Source: Candidatus Bathyarchaeota archaeon
Lineage (GTDB): Archaea > Thermoproteota > Bathyarchaeia > Bathyarchaeales > Bathycorpusculaceae
Direction: 5' to 3'
Assembly (NCBI GenBank): GCA_963826715.1
Contig: CAWGYA010000008.1
Location: forward strand, 768,001-832,000
Length of the DNA stretch: 64,000 nt
Both the position numbers and the translations under genes were made by a program. Below, one piece after another: positions 29,637 to 40,160 of the stretch. The notes beneath the pieces were generated by a model. That model was given only the letters and a program-made list of their open reading frames with translations, searched no databases and was not told the DNA's origin. How positions within the stretch are numbered: the stretch's first letter is position 1; each line of letters opens with the position of its first letter.

Positions 29637-30788
29637 TTGAAGACAAAAGTGGCAGTTGTTGGAACTGGTGCAATGGGCCGGGGAATTGTTCAGGTGGTTC
29701 AAAGATCCCTTGATATGGAAATTGTCGCAATTGCAGATATAGATCCTCAGGCTATAGAGAATGTCAAACCATTTCTACCAGCGGATGCCTTAGCAACAAC
29801 TAATCCTTATGATGTCTTCAATAAAAAACCTGATGTCTTGGTTGAGGCTTCACCAAGTATTACTGATGCTGCTCTATTGCTTAGTTCTGCTATTGCCAAA
29901 GGAATTCACGTCGTTCTAATGAACGGTGAAGTTGACCAGGTCTTTGGACGTTTATTGGCAAAGAAGGCCAAAGCAAATGGGGTAATTCTAACTTCTGACG
30001 CCGGAGACCAGCACGGTGTTTTGCTTCGCAAAATCGAAGAGGTTCAATCTATGGGCTTAAAAGTAATCATGGCTGGCAATAATAAGGGATTTTTGAACAA
30101 GCATGCAAATCCCACCTTACTTATAGAAGAGGCTGCAAAAAGGCGTCTTTCACCTAGTCAGTGTACAGCATACACTGATGGAACAAAGCTATCGATTGAG
30201 ATGGCCATAGTCGCAAATGCGACTGGATTCGGTCTATTACAAACTGGTATGTGTGGTCCACGAGTAGAATGTGTGGACGACGCTTTGAATGCTTTTGATT
30301 TAGACAAATGCCGAGAGCTTGGCGGGGTTGTTGACTACGTTTTGGGTGCCAAACCTGGAGGTAGTGTCTTTGTGATAGGTTACTCAGATGACCCTGGAGA
30401 TAAATTCTTCTTGGATTATTATAAGATGGGGGAGGGGCCGTACTATCTTTTCTTGAGACCTTATCATTTATGTCATTTTGAGACCCCGTATGCTATTCAG
30501 AGGCTTATTAAGTATAAAGAACCTGTTTTGGTTCAGAATAGTCGGGTTTTAGAGGTTGGTAGTCGTGCCAAAATTGATCTTAAAAAGGGCACTGCTTTGG
30601 ACGGCATCGGCGGTTATCATTTGTATGGCGTGTTGGAAAAACCAAGTAGTTTACCAATAGGGTTATCTAAAAATACAACCCTGAAAAGGGAAAAGAAGAA
30701 AGATGAACCAATCGAATGGGATGACGTTGATTTTCCAAAGGATGACCCTCGATTGGCGCTATGGGCGGAGCAAGAAAAAATTAGTTAA
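29637..30788 (+). CDS. NAD(P)-dependent oxidoreductase with C-terminal SAF-like domain (homoserine dehydrogenase-like)
   Basis: VVGTGAMG, HVVLMN-E-D, GDQHG, DGTKLSIEM, YKMGEGPYY-F-RPYHL, AK-DL-G-LDGIGGY. Confidence 0.85.
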   Translation: MKTKVAVVGTGAMGRGIVQVVQRSLDMEIVAIADIDPQAIENVKPFLPADALATTNPYDVFNKKPDVLVEASPSITDAALLLSSAIAKGIHVVLMNGEVDQVFGRLLAKKAKANGVILTSDAGDQHGVLLRKIEEVQSMGLKVIMAGNNKGFLNKHANPTLLIEEAAKRRLSPSQCTAYTDGTKLSIEMAIVANATGFGLLQTGMCGPRVECVDDALNAFDLDKCRELGGVVDYVLGAKPGGSVFVIGYSDDPGDKFFLDYYKMGEGPYYLFLRPYHLCHFETPYAIQRLIKYKEPVLVQNSRVLEVGSRAKIDLKKGTALDGIGGYHLYGVLEKPSSLPIGLSKNTTLKREKKKDEPIEWDDVDFPKDDPRLALWAEQEKIS

Positions 30789-30916
30789 TAGTTTATATTG
30801 TTTAAGATGAAAGTACTAGTTTGTGACGCCAATATCTTAATTTAAGGGTGACTCGGTATTGGAAATAATTTTCTGTTATATTTTGGTCTAATATTTAATT
30901 TGGGTGTTTCGGTTAA

Positions 30917-32266
30917 ATGGATGAGTTTATTTTTAATTCTTCTATGAGCGGTAACAAACTTTTCAGTACAGTGACCGTTCCAAAAAGCTTACTGAAATAC
31001 TTCAATTCCAATAAATTATATGTTCATTATGATACTTCTATCTCTGCTGACTTGAGTATTCTTAATATACCCTTAATTTCAAATATTCTGCCCTTAGCAT
31101 GGTTAACTGGAAAGGATGTGCATGTTGAGACTCTTGATAAGAATTATGTTCAAGCAATGAACGCACTTAAACATGAGTTTAATTTGATATTTCCGCGGGG
31201 AAGGTTCAAAACAAAGATTGTAGTCGATGATTTAGTTGAGAACGAGACTAAATCTAAAGAGACTGCTCTTCTGTTTACGGGCGGAATTGATTCTACATAC
31301 TCAATGATAGACAAAATCAGTCTCAAACCTCGACTCATAATGTTTTCAGGTATACAACATTATCAATTGCACCCATCATTCGAAAAGCGCGACAGATTTG
31401 TAACAGAAATATATCGTAAATTCGCTGATCGCCAGGGACTTGATATAAATTTTGTCAAAACAAATATCATAGGAGTACTTAATGACATCCGAATAGCACA
31501 CGATTTCCATAAGATTCTACGCGGTACTAGCTTATGGTTGGGTCTACAATTTCCTCTTGTCCTACTGAGTCTTCCTGCACCACTATCAATAGGTCGATTC
31601 AATAAATTGCTTATTTCCGGCAGTGTTGATCCAACCCATAATTATTCATTGTATCCTCACTCTTCACAACCTCGGATAGATGAAAAATTTGCTTGGGCTG
31701 ATCTTAAGGTAACTCATCATGGATACATTCATAGATTCAGTAAAACTGGTTTAATAAAAGAGTACTCAAAAAATAACAAAATTGAGATAAATGTTTGTAA
31801 TAAACCCCCACCAAATTTGTTGAACTGTAGTGCTTGCGAAAAATGTTATCGTACTATTGCATCTTTGGTTCTAGAAGGTGTAGATCCTAATCAATGTGGT
31901 TTCAATGTGAACGATTCAACTTTTAAGTTGATGCAGCAGATGTTTATAAAAAAGAAAGCTGACTCTCTTGCCGTTGACTCAATCTGGAGAAAATTACAGG
32001 TTCTTGTTCCTGATAAAGTTGAACAAGATTTCTTTGGTTCGAGAAATTTCTTCTTATGGTTCAAAAAAATTAATATTGATACCGTTCGAAAGAAGCGAGA
32101 TGTCTATTGGATTGTCTATAATTCGCTTCCTTTTCCCTTAGCTTTATTATATGATGGTTTGTTTTATTCTGTAAGGAAACGTTTTTCGATTAAAATTAAC
32201 CGCACAGTAGATCCATTTTCGTCTTTTATTTCATTGATTCGTTCCTCTCCTGATAAAGTAAATTAA
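30917..32266 (+). CDS. PP-loop (adenine nucleotide alpha-hydrolase-like) protein with Cys cluster
   Basis: LLFTGGIDSTYS; VC...NCSACEKCYRT. Confidence 0.7.
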   Translation: MDEFIFNSSMSGNKLFSTVTVPKSLLKYFNSNKLYVHYDTSISADLSILNIPLISNILPLAWLTGKDVHVETLDKNYVQAMNALKHEFNLIFPRGRFKTKIVVDDLVENETKSKETALLFTGGIDSTYSMIDKISLKPRLIMFSGIQHYQLHPSFEKRDRFVTEIYRKFADRQGLDINFVKTNIIGVLNDIRIAHDFHKILRGTSLWLGLQFPLVLLSLPAPLSIGRFNKLLISGSVDPTHNYSLYPHSSQPRIDEKFAWADLKVTHHGYIHRFSKTGLIKEYSKNNKIEINVCNKPPPNLLNCSACEKCYRTIASLVLEGVDPNQCGFNVNDSTFKLMQQMFIKKKADSLAVDSIWRKLQVLVPDKVEQDFFGSRNFFLWFKKINIDTVRKKRDVYWIVYNSLPFPLALLYDGLFYSVRKRFSIKINRTVDPFSSFISLIRSSPDKVN

Positions 32267-32333
32267 TTGTTATCTGCTGTTTGTAATCGATTAATAAAAT
32301 ATATCTGATTAAAACAAGGTCGGCTGGACTGAT

Positions 32334-34022
32334 ATGTTCTTAGTTGCGGTAACGAATTCTGATATATCGGCTAATTTTTCATCTGAAAAATGTGAAACAT
32401 TTGTTTTTCAGAAAAAAAATTTAACGATTGTCTACGATAATTTTCTATCAACAATTGTTTCTAAAAATGGATTATCAGTTATCGAGTCACCGCTTATCTC
32501 TAATAGTGGTGCAAGTGAAATAATTCTCTCTCAAGCACAAATTGATAGGGAAAGGGGAATCATAGAATTCTCCAGACCCTTCGTATCTGGTCGACCAATA
32601 TATTATCATGTGGATGCAGAAGGTAACTTTTATTGTTCTACTCATATTTCAATGATTAGACAAGCTGGGATAGTCATTCAGGAAAACAAGAAAGTTTTAC
32701 CTGAATTTTTTGTTTTTCGGTTTGTATTGCCTCCTCAAACGCTATACAAAAATATTTACCAACTTGGCGAATGTTATCGTTTACATGTGAAATTTCTTGA
32801 TGGAAAATGTAAATTAGAAACCATAAATGTTCTTAATCCGTATAGTTGTAAAGATAAAAGTAAATTCAAAGATTTCCGTGAAAGAATTTACGATTTAGCT
32901 TCAAAATCTATTGCGCCTTTAGGAGTCAACAAGGATCGTATTGCTCTTTTATTGAGCGGTGGATTAGACTCATCTCTGTTGCTTAAGATTTGTGAAGATC
33001 AAGACTTTAAAATTAATGAGACCTATTCGACTGGTTATCCTTTTGAAGCTTTCGAAAAAGATTACGCAACGTCGAGTGCAAAATATTTTGGAAAAGCACA
33101 TAAGTACTATGAAATTACCCTCGAACAATATCTTCCAGGCTTAGTTGAGGCAATTTCTGCAGCTGAGCAACCGCTTCCACATATGCAATCAGTTCTTATG
33201 CATTTGCTGTTTAAAAATGGGCTTCCGAAAAACAAAGATATTGTATTAAATGGTCAAGGAACGGAGTTAAGTTGCAATAGTACAAATATTATAATTTATG
33301 AGTTTAAGCGAAAATCGTTGAAAACTGAACTTCTTAAGTTCATGGGGAAATTGCCCGTTTTTTCCGCTTGGCGGGGACCGCGGTGGGCTGTTGATTATCA
33401 ATCAAGGATTGATTGTGGAATTGAAGATCCTCACAGTATTATATGGACCCAAGATCCTATTGGGAGTTTAAGTTGGACTGCTAATCATTTTAATGTGAAA
33501 CAATCGGATATAATTAAGAAACCGCTTGAGGAACTTAAGCAGTTTGGCGAACATTCCTTGTATGAAGTTGTGGCGATATACGATTTTATAGGTGCTAATC
33601 ATGCTACAGAATCTACTTGGTCCATGTTGGGTGAGAAGCAAAAGAAAATTGTGTATTATCCTTTTAATTCTCTTAGTCTATTGAACTATATTTTTTCGAT
33701 ACCTGATGCTATCGATTATAAAAAGTATAAATATGTTTTCAAGGAGGTTGCTACTCGTTATGGGGTCCCAGATTTCATTGTCAACCGGCGAAAACTGGGT
33801 TTCAATCCCTTGACAAATCTTAAGTTGTTGAAAGAAAAAGTCTTTGAGCCATTGATTCCTGTTGCTTTAAAGGTATTTGATATAAATCAGATTCGCGAAG
33901 TGAGGCCTGTCGATTGGGGGTATGATTTTTGGACTCTTTGGAATATTTTGAATTATTCAATTTGGAAACGCTTGTGGATAAATAATGAACCTATAGATGT
34001 TTTACTTCAAGAATTGACTTAG
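32334..34022 (+). CDS. Asparagine synthase-related amidotransferase (glycan-modifying), lacking the N-terminal Cys
   Basis: GRPIYY, P-TLYKNI, LLLSGGLDSS, VLNGQG-E, YPF, R-KLGF. Confidence 0.8.
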   Translation: MFLVAVTNSDISANFSSEKCETFVFQKKNLTIVYDNFLSTIVSKNGLSVIESPLISNSGASEIILSQAQIDRERGIIEFSRPFVSGRPIYYHVDAEGNFYCSTHISMIRQAGIVIQENKKVLPEFFVFRFVLPPQTLYKNIYQLGECYRLHVKFLDGKCKLETINVLNPYSCKDKSKFKDFRERIYDLASKSIAPLGVNKDRIALLLSGGLDSSLLLKICEDQDFKINETYSTGYPFEAFEKDYATSSAKYFGKAHKYYEITLEQYLPGLVEAISAAEQPLPHMQSVLMHLLFKNGLPKNKDIVLNGQGTELSCNSTNIIIYEFKRKSLKTELLKFMGKLPVFSAWRGPRWAVDYQSRIDCGIEDPHSIIWTQDPIGSLSWTANHFNVKQSDIIKKPLEELKQFGEHSLYEVVAIYDFIGANHATESTWSMLGEKQKKIVYYPFNSLSLLNYIFSIPDAIDYKKYKYVFKEVATRYGVPDFIVNRRKLGFNPLTNLKLLKEKVFEPLIPVALKVFDINQIREVRPVDWGYDFWTLWNILNYSIWKRLWINNEPIDVLLQELT

Positions 34023-34100
34023 GCTTATTTTAGATTAATTTAAGTTTGTTTGGTAACGTAATATTTGATTGAAATAAAATAATTAAAGAGGGACATATTT

Positions 34101-34991
34101 CTGACAAAAATTGCTTATTTTATAACTGCCTATAAAGAGCCTGACAGTATAATTAGGTTAGTTAATATTTTGAGCCGTGGCTCAGATTATTTTTACGTTC
34201 ATTTTGATAAAGCTAAATCTCAATACTTTGAATCATGGAAACGGCGCATAGAAGAAGGATGCAAAACTAAGAATGTTACGATTGTTTCAGAATTTAATTG
34301 TAAATGGTCTTCTTTTGGGATAGTTGATGCAACTTTAAGCGCTATGAACTTTTTTAGTAATCTAAATTATGATTACTTGATAAATCTCACTGGTGAGGAT
34401 TATCCTATAAAATCTACAAGGCAAATTGATTGTTTTTTCGAAAAGAAAGATTTAGGGTTCTTAACATTCTGGATGCTGCCGTACGCTGGATGGTATAAAG
34501 GTGGGCTAAATCGAATCAACAATCGGTTCTTCTGCCTTCCAAAACGGGGATACCCTTACGTTAGATTATTACAGATTCCCCGTATTAAAAAGGGATTGCC
34601 TGGTAATTTTCAGGCTTACGGTGGATGGAGTTTGTTTTGCTTGCCTAAAGTCATGGTTGACTATATTGTTGATTTTACGAGAAATAATTCGAATTTCAAA
34701 TCGTTCTTTAAGCATGTGCACGCTCCAGGTGAAATGTATTTTCAAACAGTATTGCTGAATTCTTGTTTTGCGAACAGAATAATTAACGATAATAAGCGGT
34801 ATCTCGATTTTATTGATGCTCATCCGCGAGCTTTAACAATGAAAGATTTTATAACTCTAAAGGAAAGTGGCTGTCTATTTGCACGCAAGTTTAATGAAAA
34901 CGTCGATAAAGAACTATTGGATCGGATTGATAAGGAGATAATGAGTGAGAATGGCTTACCTGGTTTATCTGCCTCTCACGAACTGGTATAA
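34101..34991 (+). CDS. Glycosyltransferase family 14 (core-2/I-branching type); probable CTG start
   Basis: In-frame extension LTKIAYFITAYKEP from CTG 34101 after GAGGG; YVHFDK, INLTGEDYPIKS, P-E-YFQT, LFARKF. Confidence 0.88.
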   Translation: MTKIAYFITAYKEPDSIIRLVNILSRGSDYFYVHFDKAKSQYFESWKRRIEEGCKTKNVTIVSEFNCKWSSFGIVDATLSAMNFFSNLNYDYLINLTGEDYPIKSTRQIDCFFEKKDLGFLTFWMLPYAGWYKGGLNRINNRFFCLPKRGYPYVRLLQIPRIKKGLPGNFQAYGGWSLFCLPKVMVDYIVDFTRNNSNFKSFFKHVHAPGEMYFQTVLLNSCFANRIINDNKRYLDFIDAHPRALTMKDFITLKESGCLFARKFNENVDKELLDRIDKEIMSENGLPGLSASHELV

Positions 34992-35011
34992 ATTTTGGTG
35001 ATTGTAGTTTA

Positions 35012-36217
35012 ATGGATAAAATAACTTTTTTTATGATTTCAAGTTTTTACCCTCCATATCATATTGGCGGGGACGCAACTCATGTTAAATATCTATCTGA
35101 AAAATTGGTGGATATGGGTCATGAAGTGCATGTTTTACATAGTTTTGATGCCTACAAGATTAAAAGAGGTAACCAATTACCTTTAATGAAGGCTGAAGAT
35201 AAAAAAAATCTTTTTATTCATACAATAAAATCACCTATTAGAAATTTTGATCCATTGATGGTTTATACTCTTGGTAATTCACCTTATGTTAGCAAAATTT
35301 TCTCTCAATTGATTGATGATATTAAACCCCAGGTTGTTCATCACCATAACATTTCACTACTTGGTTTCAATTTGCTTAAAGCGCGACGTGATTATACTTC
35401 AGTCTATACAGCGCACGACTACTGGTTAACATGTCAAACAAGCAACCTTTTCAAATATCAGAAGAAAATATGTGATGTTAAAAATTGTCATTATTGTTCA
35501 ATTCGATCAAAAAGATATCCCCAATTTTGGAGATTATTCCCTAACTTTAATACGGCTATACAGAATTTGGATTTAATAATTTCGCCAAGTGAGTATGTTA
35601 AATCTCAGCTACATGAAATACCTGTAAATAAAATCGTTATACCTAACTTTGTACCAGAACCGCCCAAAAATATCCCTAAATATCCGATTCAAAAATATTT
35701 CTTGTATTTGGGGATGTTAGAGAAACATAAAGGCATTCTTGAGTTGTTGGAGATATTTAAAAAGTCTAAAAACCAGTTGAAGAGTAAATTAGTTGTTGCT
35801 GGTGGTGGAAGCCTTAAACCCTTTATTCTAGATTATATTAATAGGAATTCATTAGCTGATTCTGTTTCTTTTTTGGGCTTTGTTGATTCTAAAACAAAAT
35901 ATGCCTTATACAAAAATGCAATCGCAGTAATTATTCCTTCAATTTGGCCAGAGAATGCTCCATTGGTTGCTTTGGAGGCTCTCTCTGTTGGGACTCCCGT
36001 TATAGGCTCAAATAAAGGTGGGTTACCCGAAATTTTGGCAAAGTTTGATAGGCAGTTAATTTTTAATAATTGGGCTGACCTTAAAAATATTTTATTGCTA
36101 TTGGACACTCAAAATGAATCTCGCAAGATTGACAAAAAAACTTTTGATACGTACTTCTCTCCTCAGGTCTACGTCGATAGTTATTTGAAAGCAATTAAAC
36201 GCAGTTCTTTTCGATGA
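35012..36217 (+). CDS. Glycosyltransferase family 4
   Basis: YPPYHIGG, VVHHHN, TAHDYW, HKG, PSIWPENAPLVALEA, GGLPE. Confidence 0.92.
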   Translation: MDKITFFMISSFYPPYHIGGDATHVKYLSEKLVDMGHEVHVLHSFDAYKIKRGNQLPLMKAEDKKNLFIHTIKSPIRNFDPLMVYTLGNSPYVSKIFSQLIDDIKPQVVHHHNISLLGFNLLKARRDYTSVYTAHDYWLTCQTSNLFKYQKKICDVKNCHYCSIRSKRYPQFWRLFPNFNTAIQNLDLIISPSEYVKSQLHEIPVNKIVIPNFVPEPPKNIPKYPIQKYFLYLGMLEKHKGILELLEIFKKSKNQLKSKLVVAGGGSLKPFILDYINRNSLADSVSFLGFVDSKTKYALYKNAIAVIIPSIWPENAPLVALEALSVGTPVIGSNKGGLPEILAKFDRQLIFNNWADLKNILLLLDTQNESRKIDKKTFDTYFSPQVYVDSYLKAIKRSSFR

Positions 36218-36277
36218 TTAAATGTAGGTGATTATATCTTAAAGACTCGTGTATCCAGAAGACTTTCGGTACTTTGG

Positions 36278-37426
36278 TTGAGCTTTACTATGCTAGATTC
36301 GGATCTTCATAAAACTGCTATGATAAACATTCTTGAACAGTTTGCCAAGTTGGGTCATCAAGTATCTCTTTTTGCTCTCCAGTCAAAAAAAGTATACCAA
36401 AACGATGATCGAAGAATTAAAATCATGGCTGTTCCCATTAGATATAAACCTTTTATTTCGACCTTTCTTTTTATGATATTACAAGTTTTATTTCTTCCAT
36501 TTTATCTTTTATACTCAAAAACATCTTTTGTAATATATGATCCTGATATTCATATTCTAAGTAGTTTTCCTGTCATATTGGTTGCAAAACTCACTAGAAA
36601 AAAGGTAATTTTAGATATTCGATCCGTTCCTGTTGAAACTGTTGGTCTTAGAGGCTATTTGAGGACTTTTTGGTTTTCATGTTCAATATTAATTGCCCGA
36701 AAATTTTTTGACGGAATTACGATAATAACGCCATCAATGAAAGAAAAGATATGTACTGACTATAATCTTAACTCTCGTGAAGTTGGTGTTTGGACCTCTG
36801 GTGTATCCCAGGATATTTTTGATCCTTCAAAATATGAAAATAGTTCTTTAAGAAAACAATTTAATCTTGAAGGTAAATTCGTTGTTTTTTATCATGGCGT
36901 TTTTACACCTACTCGTGCATTAAAAGAAACCCTTCAAGCTATAGAATTGTTAGTGCCTGAGTATCCTGATATAATGGTTTTTCTTTTAGGTTCAGGGCCA
37001 TCTTTAGATGATTTAAAGGCTTTTGTGCAGAAAGAAAATCTTTGGGCGCATGTTGTTTTTGCTGAACCGGTAGATCATTCAAAAGTTCCAGAGTATATTT
37101 GTAGTATATGTGATGTAGGAATTATTCCTTTGCCTGATCATCCATATTGGCGCTTTCAAAGTCCACTTAAACTTTTGGAATATTTGGCGATGGGAAAAAT
37201 TGTTGTTTTGACGGACATTCCTGCCCATAGGGCAGTAATGGGGGATTCAAGGTGCGGAGTTTATATACCTTCTGTGACACCAGATGACTTGGCAAAAGGC
37301 ATTAAGACGGCTTTTTTGATTAAAAATAATAGTGAAAATTGTGGGAAAATTAGTAGATCATTGATTCGAAATTATACTTGGGAAAAAGTTGCATCTGAAT
37401 TGGAAGATTATATGTATTCTATCTAG
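36278..37426 (+). CDS. Glycosyltransferase family 4
   Basis: VFYHG-F---R, LLGSGP, SPLKLLEYLAMGK, YTWE; frame is open upstream, so the true start may be earlier. Confidence 0.88.
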   Translation: MSFTMLDSDLHKTAMINILEQFAKLGHQVSLFALQSKKVYQNDDRRIKIMAVPIRYKPFISTFLFMILQVLFLPFYLLYSKTSFVIYDPDIHILSSFPVILVAKLTRKKVILDIRSVPVETVGLRGYLRTFWFSCSILIARKFFDGITIITPSMKEKICTDYNLNSREVGVWTSGVSQDIFDPSKYENSSLRKQFNLEGKFVVFYHGVFTPTRALKETLQAIELLVPEYPDIMVFLLGSGPSLDDLKAFVQKENLWAHVVFAEPVDHSKVPEYICSICDVGIIPLPDHPYWRFQSPLKLLEYLAMGKIVVLTDIPAHRAVMGDSRCGVYIPSVTPDDLAKGIKTAFLIKNNSENCGKISRSLIRNYTWEKVASELEDYMYSI

Positions 37427-37506
37427 TTTTTGTATTTGAATTATGTATCTGCAATTTTTAAAGTTTATATTTAAGGTAGAATTACTTTCTGTATGGTATA
37501 TTAAGC

Positions 37507-38265
37507 TTGAAGATGTTTAAGGGTTTTACAAAAAGGTATGCTATTCATCTAATGGTTGTATTATTGGTTTATACGCTTGTTTTATTGCCTGTATATGGGC
37601 AGGTTGCTCAGCAAGTTGTAGTATTATCTGGTGGAGCTATTTTATACCCCAATGTTAGCCCTACTCAAATACCGACTCCTGTGTTGCATAATTTGGCTTC
37701 GATTCCAAGTCATTGGTACTTAACTTATAGTACTGGGCCTCAGATAATCCATTTGGATTCTTCAGTTACGTACAACGGTGAAGCAAGTGTTCGTCTTGAT
37801 AAGCATACAAGTGCTGATGTCAATACTGCTAGAGAATGTAACACTGGTGCATACTCCATTAAACCGGGGGATCATATCGTTTTTAGTTGTTGGATGAAGA
37901 CGACTGAAAGCGGCTATGGTGACACTAACCCGTTCTCTGGAGCAAGAATAGGTATAGATTTTTGGAATTCTGGTGGTAGGATTAATGGTTTAGCAAGTGA
38001 TGGCCAACATGGACTATACCCTAATGAACAATCATCTGCTGTTCAAAAGTTTTATGTACCGTGGGGTAGTGATTGGACACTTAAAATAATTGATTTTATT
38101 GTACCTCAAAAAATGACTGCTGATGGGTTTTTTGGATATCCTGCTGGGACAAGTCAAACACCCAGCGCTATGATTCTTTGGATGCAGGTTTGGAGCAGCA
38201 CTTATGGCTCAACTGATCCAGGGCACGCATGGTTCGCCAACGCACAACTATACATAAACCCATAG
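37507..38265 (+). CDS. Secreted protein with carbohydrate-binding-module-like domain (paralogue A)
   Basis: Signal peptide; IKPGDHIVFSCWMKT...WT...DFIVP...GHAWFANAQLYINP, a pattern resembling CBM4/9-type jelly-rolls. Confidence 0.7.
   Translation: MKMFKGFTKRYAIHLMVVLLVYTLVLLPVYGQVAQQVVVLSGGAILYPNVSPTQIPTPVLHNLASIPSHWYLTYSTGPQIIHLDSSVTYNGEASVRLDKHTSADVNTARECNTGAYSIKPGDHIVFSCWMKTTESGYGDTNPFSGARIGIDFWNSGGRINGLASDGQHGLYPNEQSSAVQKFYVPWGSDWTLKIIDFIVPQKMTADGFFGYPAGTSQTPSAMILWMQVWSSTYGSTDPGHAWFANAQLYINP
37888..37952 (+). repeat. 65-bp inverted repeat, copy of 48049-48113
   Basis: Manual alignment to the reverse complement: 64/65 identical. Confidence 0.9.
38155..38264 (+). repeat. 110-bp inverted repeat, copy of 47782-47891
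   Basis: Manual alignment to the reverse complement: 109/110 identical. Confidence 0.9.
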
Positions 38266-38508
38266 TTTCACTAACATGATTGCTCAAGAATAAATAGAAA
38301 ACTACTAAAAATTAGTACGTTGATGCTGAGAGAGGAAAATTGTTGAAAATCGAGTATCTTGACCTTGTGTGCGGAAGATTTTAATAATTTTCAAAATAAT
38401 AAACTATCGTGCTAACCAGTCGATATTCCAACAAATCCATACTTTTAGGCTTACTGACCTTATGGGTCAGCTTGCTTTTAGCTTAACTGAAAAAGTGAGG
38501 TCACTATT

Positions 38509-40068
38509 TTGCGGAAAAATGCTTTATTATTAATTCCTTTCTTTACCGGCATAATACTTCTTCTTTATTCTTGGTTTATTAGCTATCCTTTATTCATCGA
38601 CTCTGGAAGTGACTACACATTTTATCACATTTCACCTTTGTATTGGGTCAGCGTACCCTTGTTAATGGGTTCTATGTTCTTATTGGGATTAACTGTAAAA
38701 AACAAAATTATTAGATGGCTTTTAGCAATAGGCATTGTTCTAACAATTTACTCTATCTACTTTTTTTATCAGAGTATGCCAACGTCTGATTCTCAGTACT
38801 TTAGAGGCTTGAATGAATATCTGTTTGAAACAGGAAGCTTGGCTCCTTCGCAACTAGACCATCTATATTATGAGTGGCCTTCTTTTTTCATTTTATCGTA
38901 TATTGGAACACATTTACCTGGAATCTCTCTTAACTTCTTTGAATACTTACTTTTTACTATAATAGCTGTATTTTTATGTGGAGGCTTATATGTTTATTTT
39001 TCAAAACGTTATGAGCAAGGAACCCTTTTGGGGATCATCGCCTTTTTTATTACCCTATTTTATTTTCTGAATTTTCAAGCCGTCCCTTTTTCTCTAGCTT
39101 TTGGTCTTTTCTTCCTCATATTAATGCTGGAGACTTCTCCTAAAACAAACTCCATTCTCGCAATAATTCTTTTTCTATACATTAGTCTCATAATTACGCA
39201 CTCATTTGTTCCCTTGTTTTTTATTATCTATCTATTTACTCGAACTTTTCTGGATAAGAGTCGGTTGTATGCTTATCTATCCATTTTTTCTGTGGCGAGT
39301 TACTTCATAGTACAATTAACCCTAGCACGTTTTTCGTTTGAACAAGCTCTCCACAAAATCCTAAATCCTCCAACAGAATATGTCTCGATCGCCGCTAATA
39401 CATTAGCTCCAGTTACGAACCCAATTGATTTGCTCGCTCAATTTTTTTCTAGAACTATAGTCATATCATTTGCTATAATATGCCTATTTGGTTTTCTTTA
39501 CTTATTTAGAAAGAAAAAAATTACAAATTTTGACAAAGCTGTACTATTTACCGGTCTCGGTTATACTATTTTGGGAATTGGTTTAAATCTTCTAGGATGG
39601 CGTGCATTAGCCGTGGTTCTGATTCCTATTTCTTTAGGGGTTGCTTACTTATTTGAAAACAAAAGATTCAAAAAATATTTAAAGATAATATCACTGTTTC
39701 TAATTTTACTTTTCTTCTTCATTCCTCTCCATCAACAAACATTTGCTAGTGAGGTTCATTACCAAACGGCGTCTGCGAAAACTGCTGAAGAATTTTTCAT
39801 TAATCATCATAACTGGACTGAACAAAGTCATATAATTGCTGGTTTTAGAGTTTCCACTTATGTCACACCAAAATTAGATTCATATATATATATTTATACA
39901 GATTTAGAAACAGTTGCTCACGCTGACTCGATAATTTTCACGGAAGAATTATCAAGGGATTTTGTTGCAAGGAACATGACATTAAATTCTTTAATTATAG
40001 ATCAAAATTTTGACTCACTTTATAATGATGGGCTGTCTTCATTATTAGTGAAACCTTATGAAAAATAG
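38509..40068 (+). CDS. Polytopic membrane protein (GT-C / polysaccharide polymerase-like)
   Basis: Many hydrophobic helices, luminal loop SDSQYF...YYEWPSFF, THSF; located in a glycan locus. Confidence 0.6.
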   Translation: MRKNALLLIPFFTGIILLLYSWFISYPLFIDSGSDYTFYHISPLYWVSVPLLMGSMFLLGLTVKNKIIRWLLAIGIVLTIYSIYFFYQSMPTSDSQYFRGLNEYLFETGSLAPSQLDHLYYEWPSFFILSYIGTHLPGISLNFFEYLLFTIIAVFLCGGLYVYFSKRYEQGTLLGIIAFFITLFYFLNFQAVPFSLAFGLFFLILMLETSPKTNSILAIILFLYISLIITHSFVPLFFIIYLFTRTFLDKSRLYAYLSIFSVASYFIVQLTLARFSFEQALHKILNPPTEYVSIAANTLAPVTNPIDLLAQFFSRTIVISFAIICLFGFLYLFRKKKITNFDKAVLFTGLGYTILGIGLNLLGWRALAVVLIPISLGVAYLFENKRFKKYLKIISLFLILLFFFIPLHQQTFASEVHYQTASAKTAEEFFINHHNWTEQSHIIAGFRVSTYVTPKLDSYIYIYTDLETVAHADSIIFTEELSRDFVARNMTLNSLIIDQNFDSLYNDGLSSLLVKPYEK

Positions 40069-40160
40069 GTTTAAGACACCTCTTATGTTAAAATGAGTAT
40101 TCATTCGAGAAATTTTTAAGAAAGGAGAGATTCAAGTTAACACCTAACGATGAAACATCT

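Noticed and set aside
38454-38470. CTGACC-n5-GGTCAG palindrome upstream of the polytopic membrane gene
   Set aside because: Single 6-bp inverted repeat with no second copy noticed; may be chance
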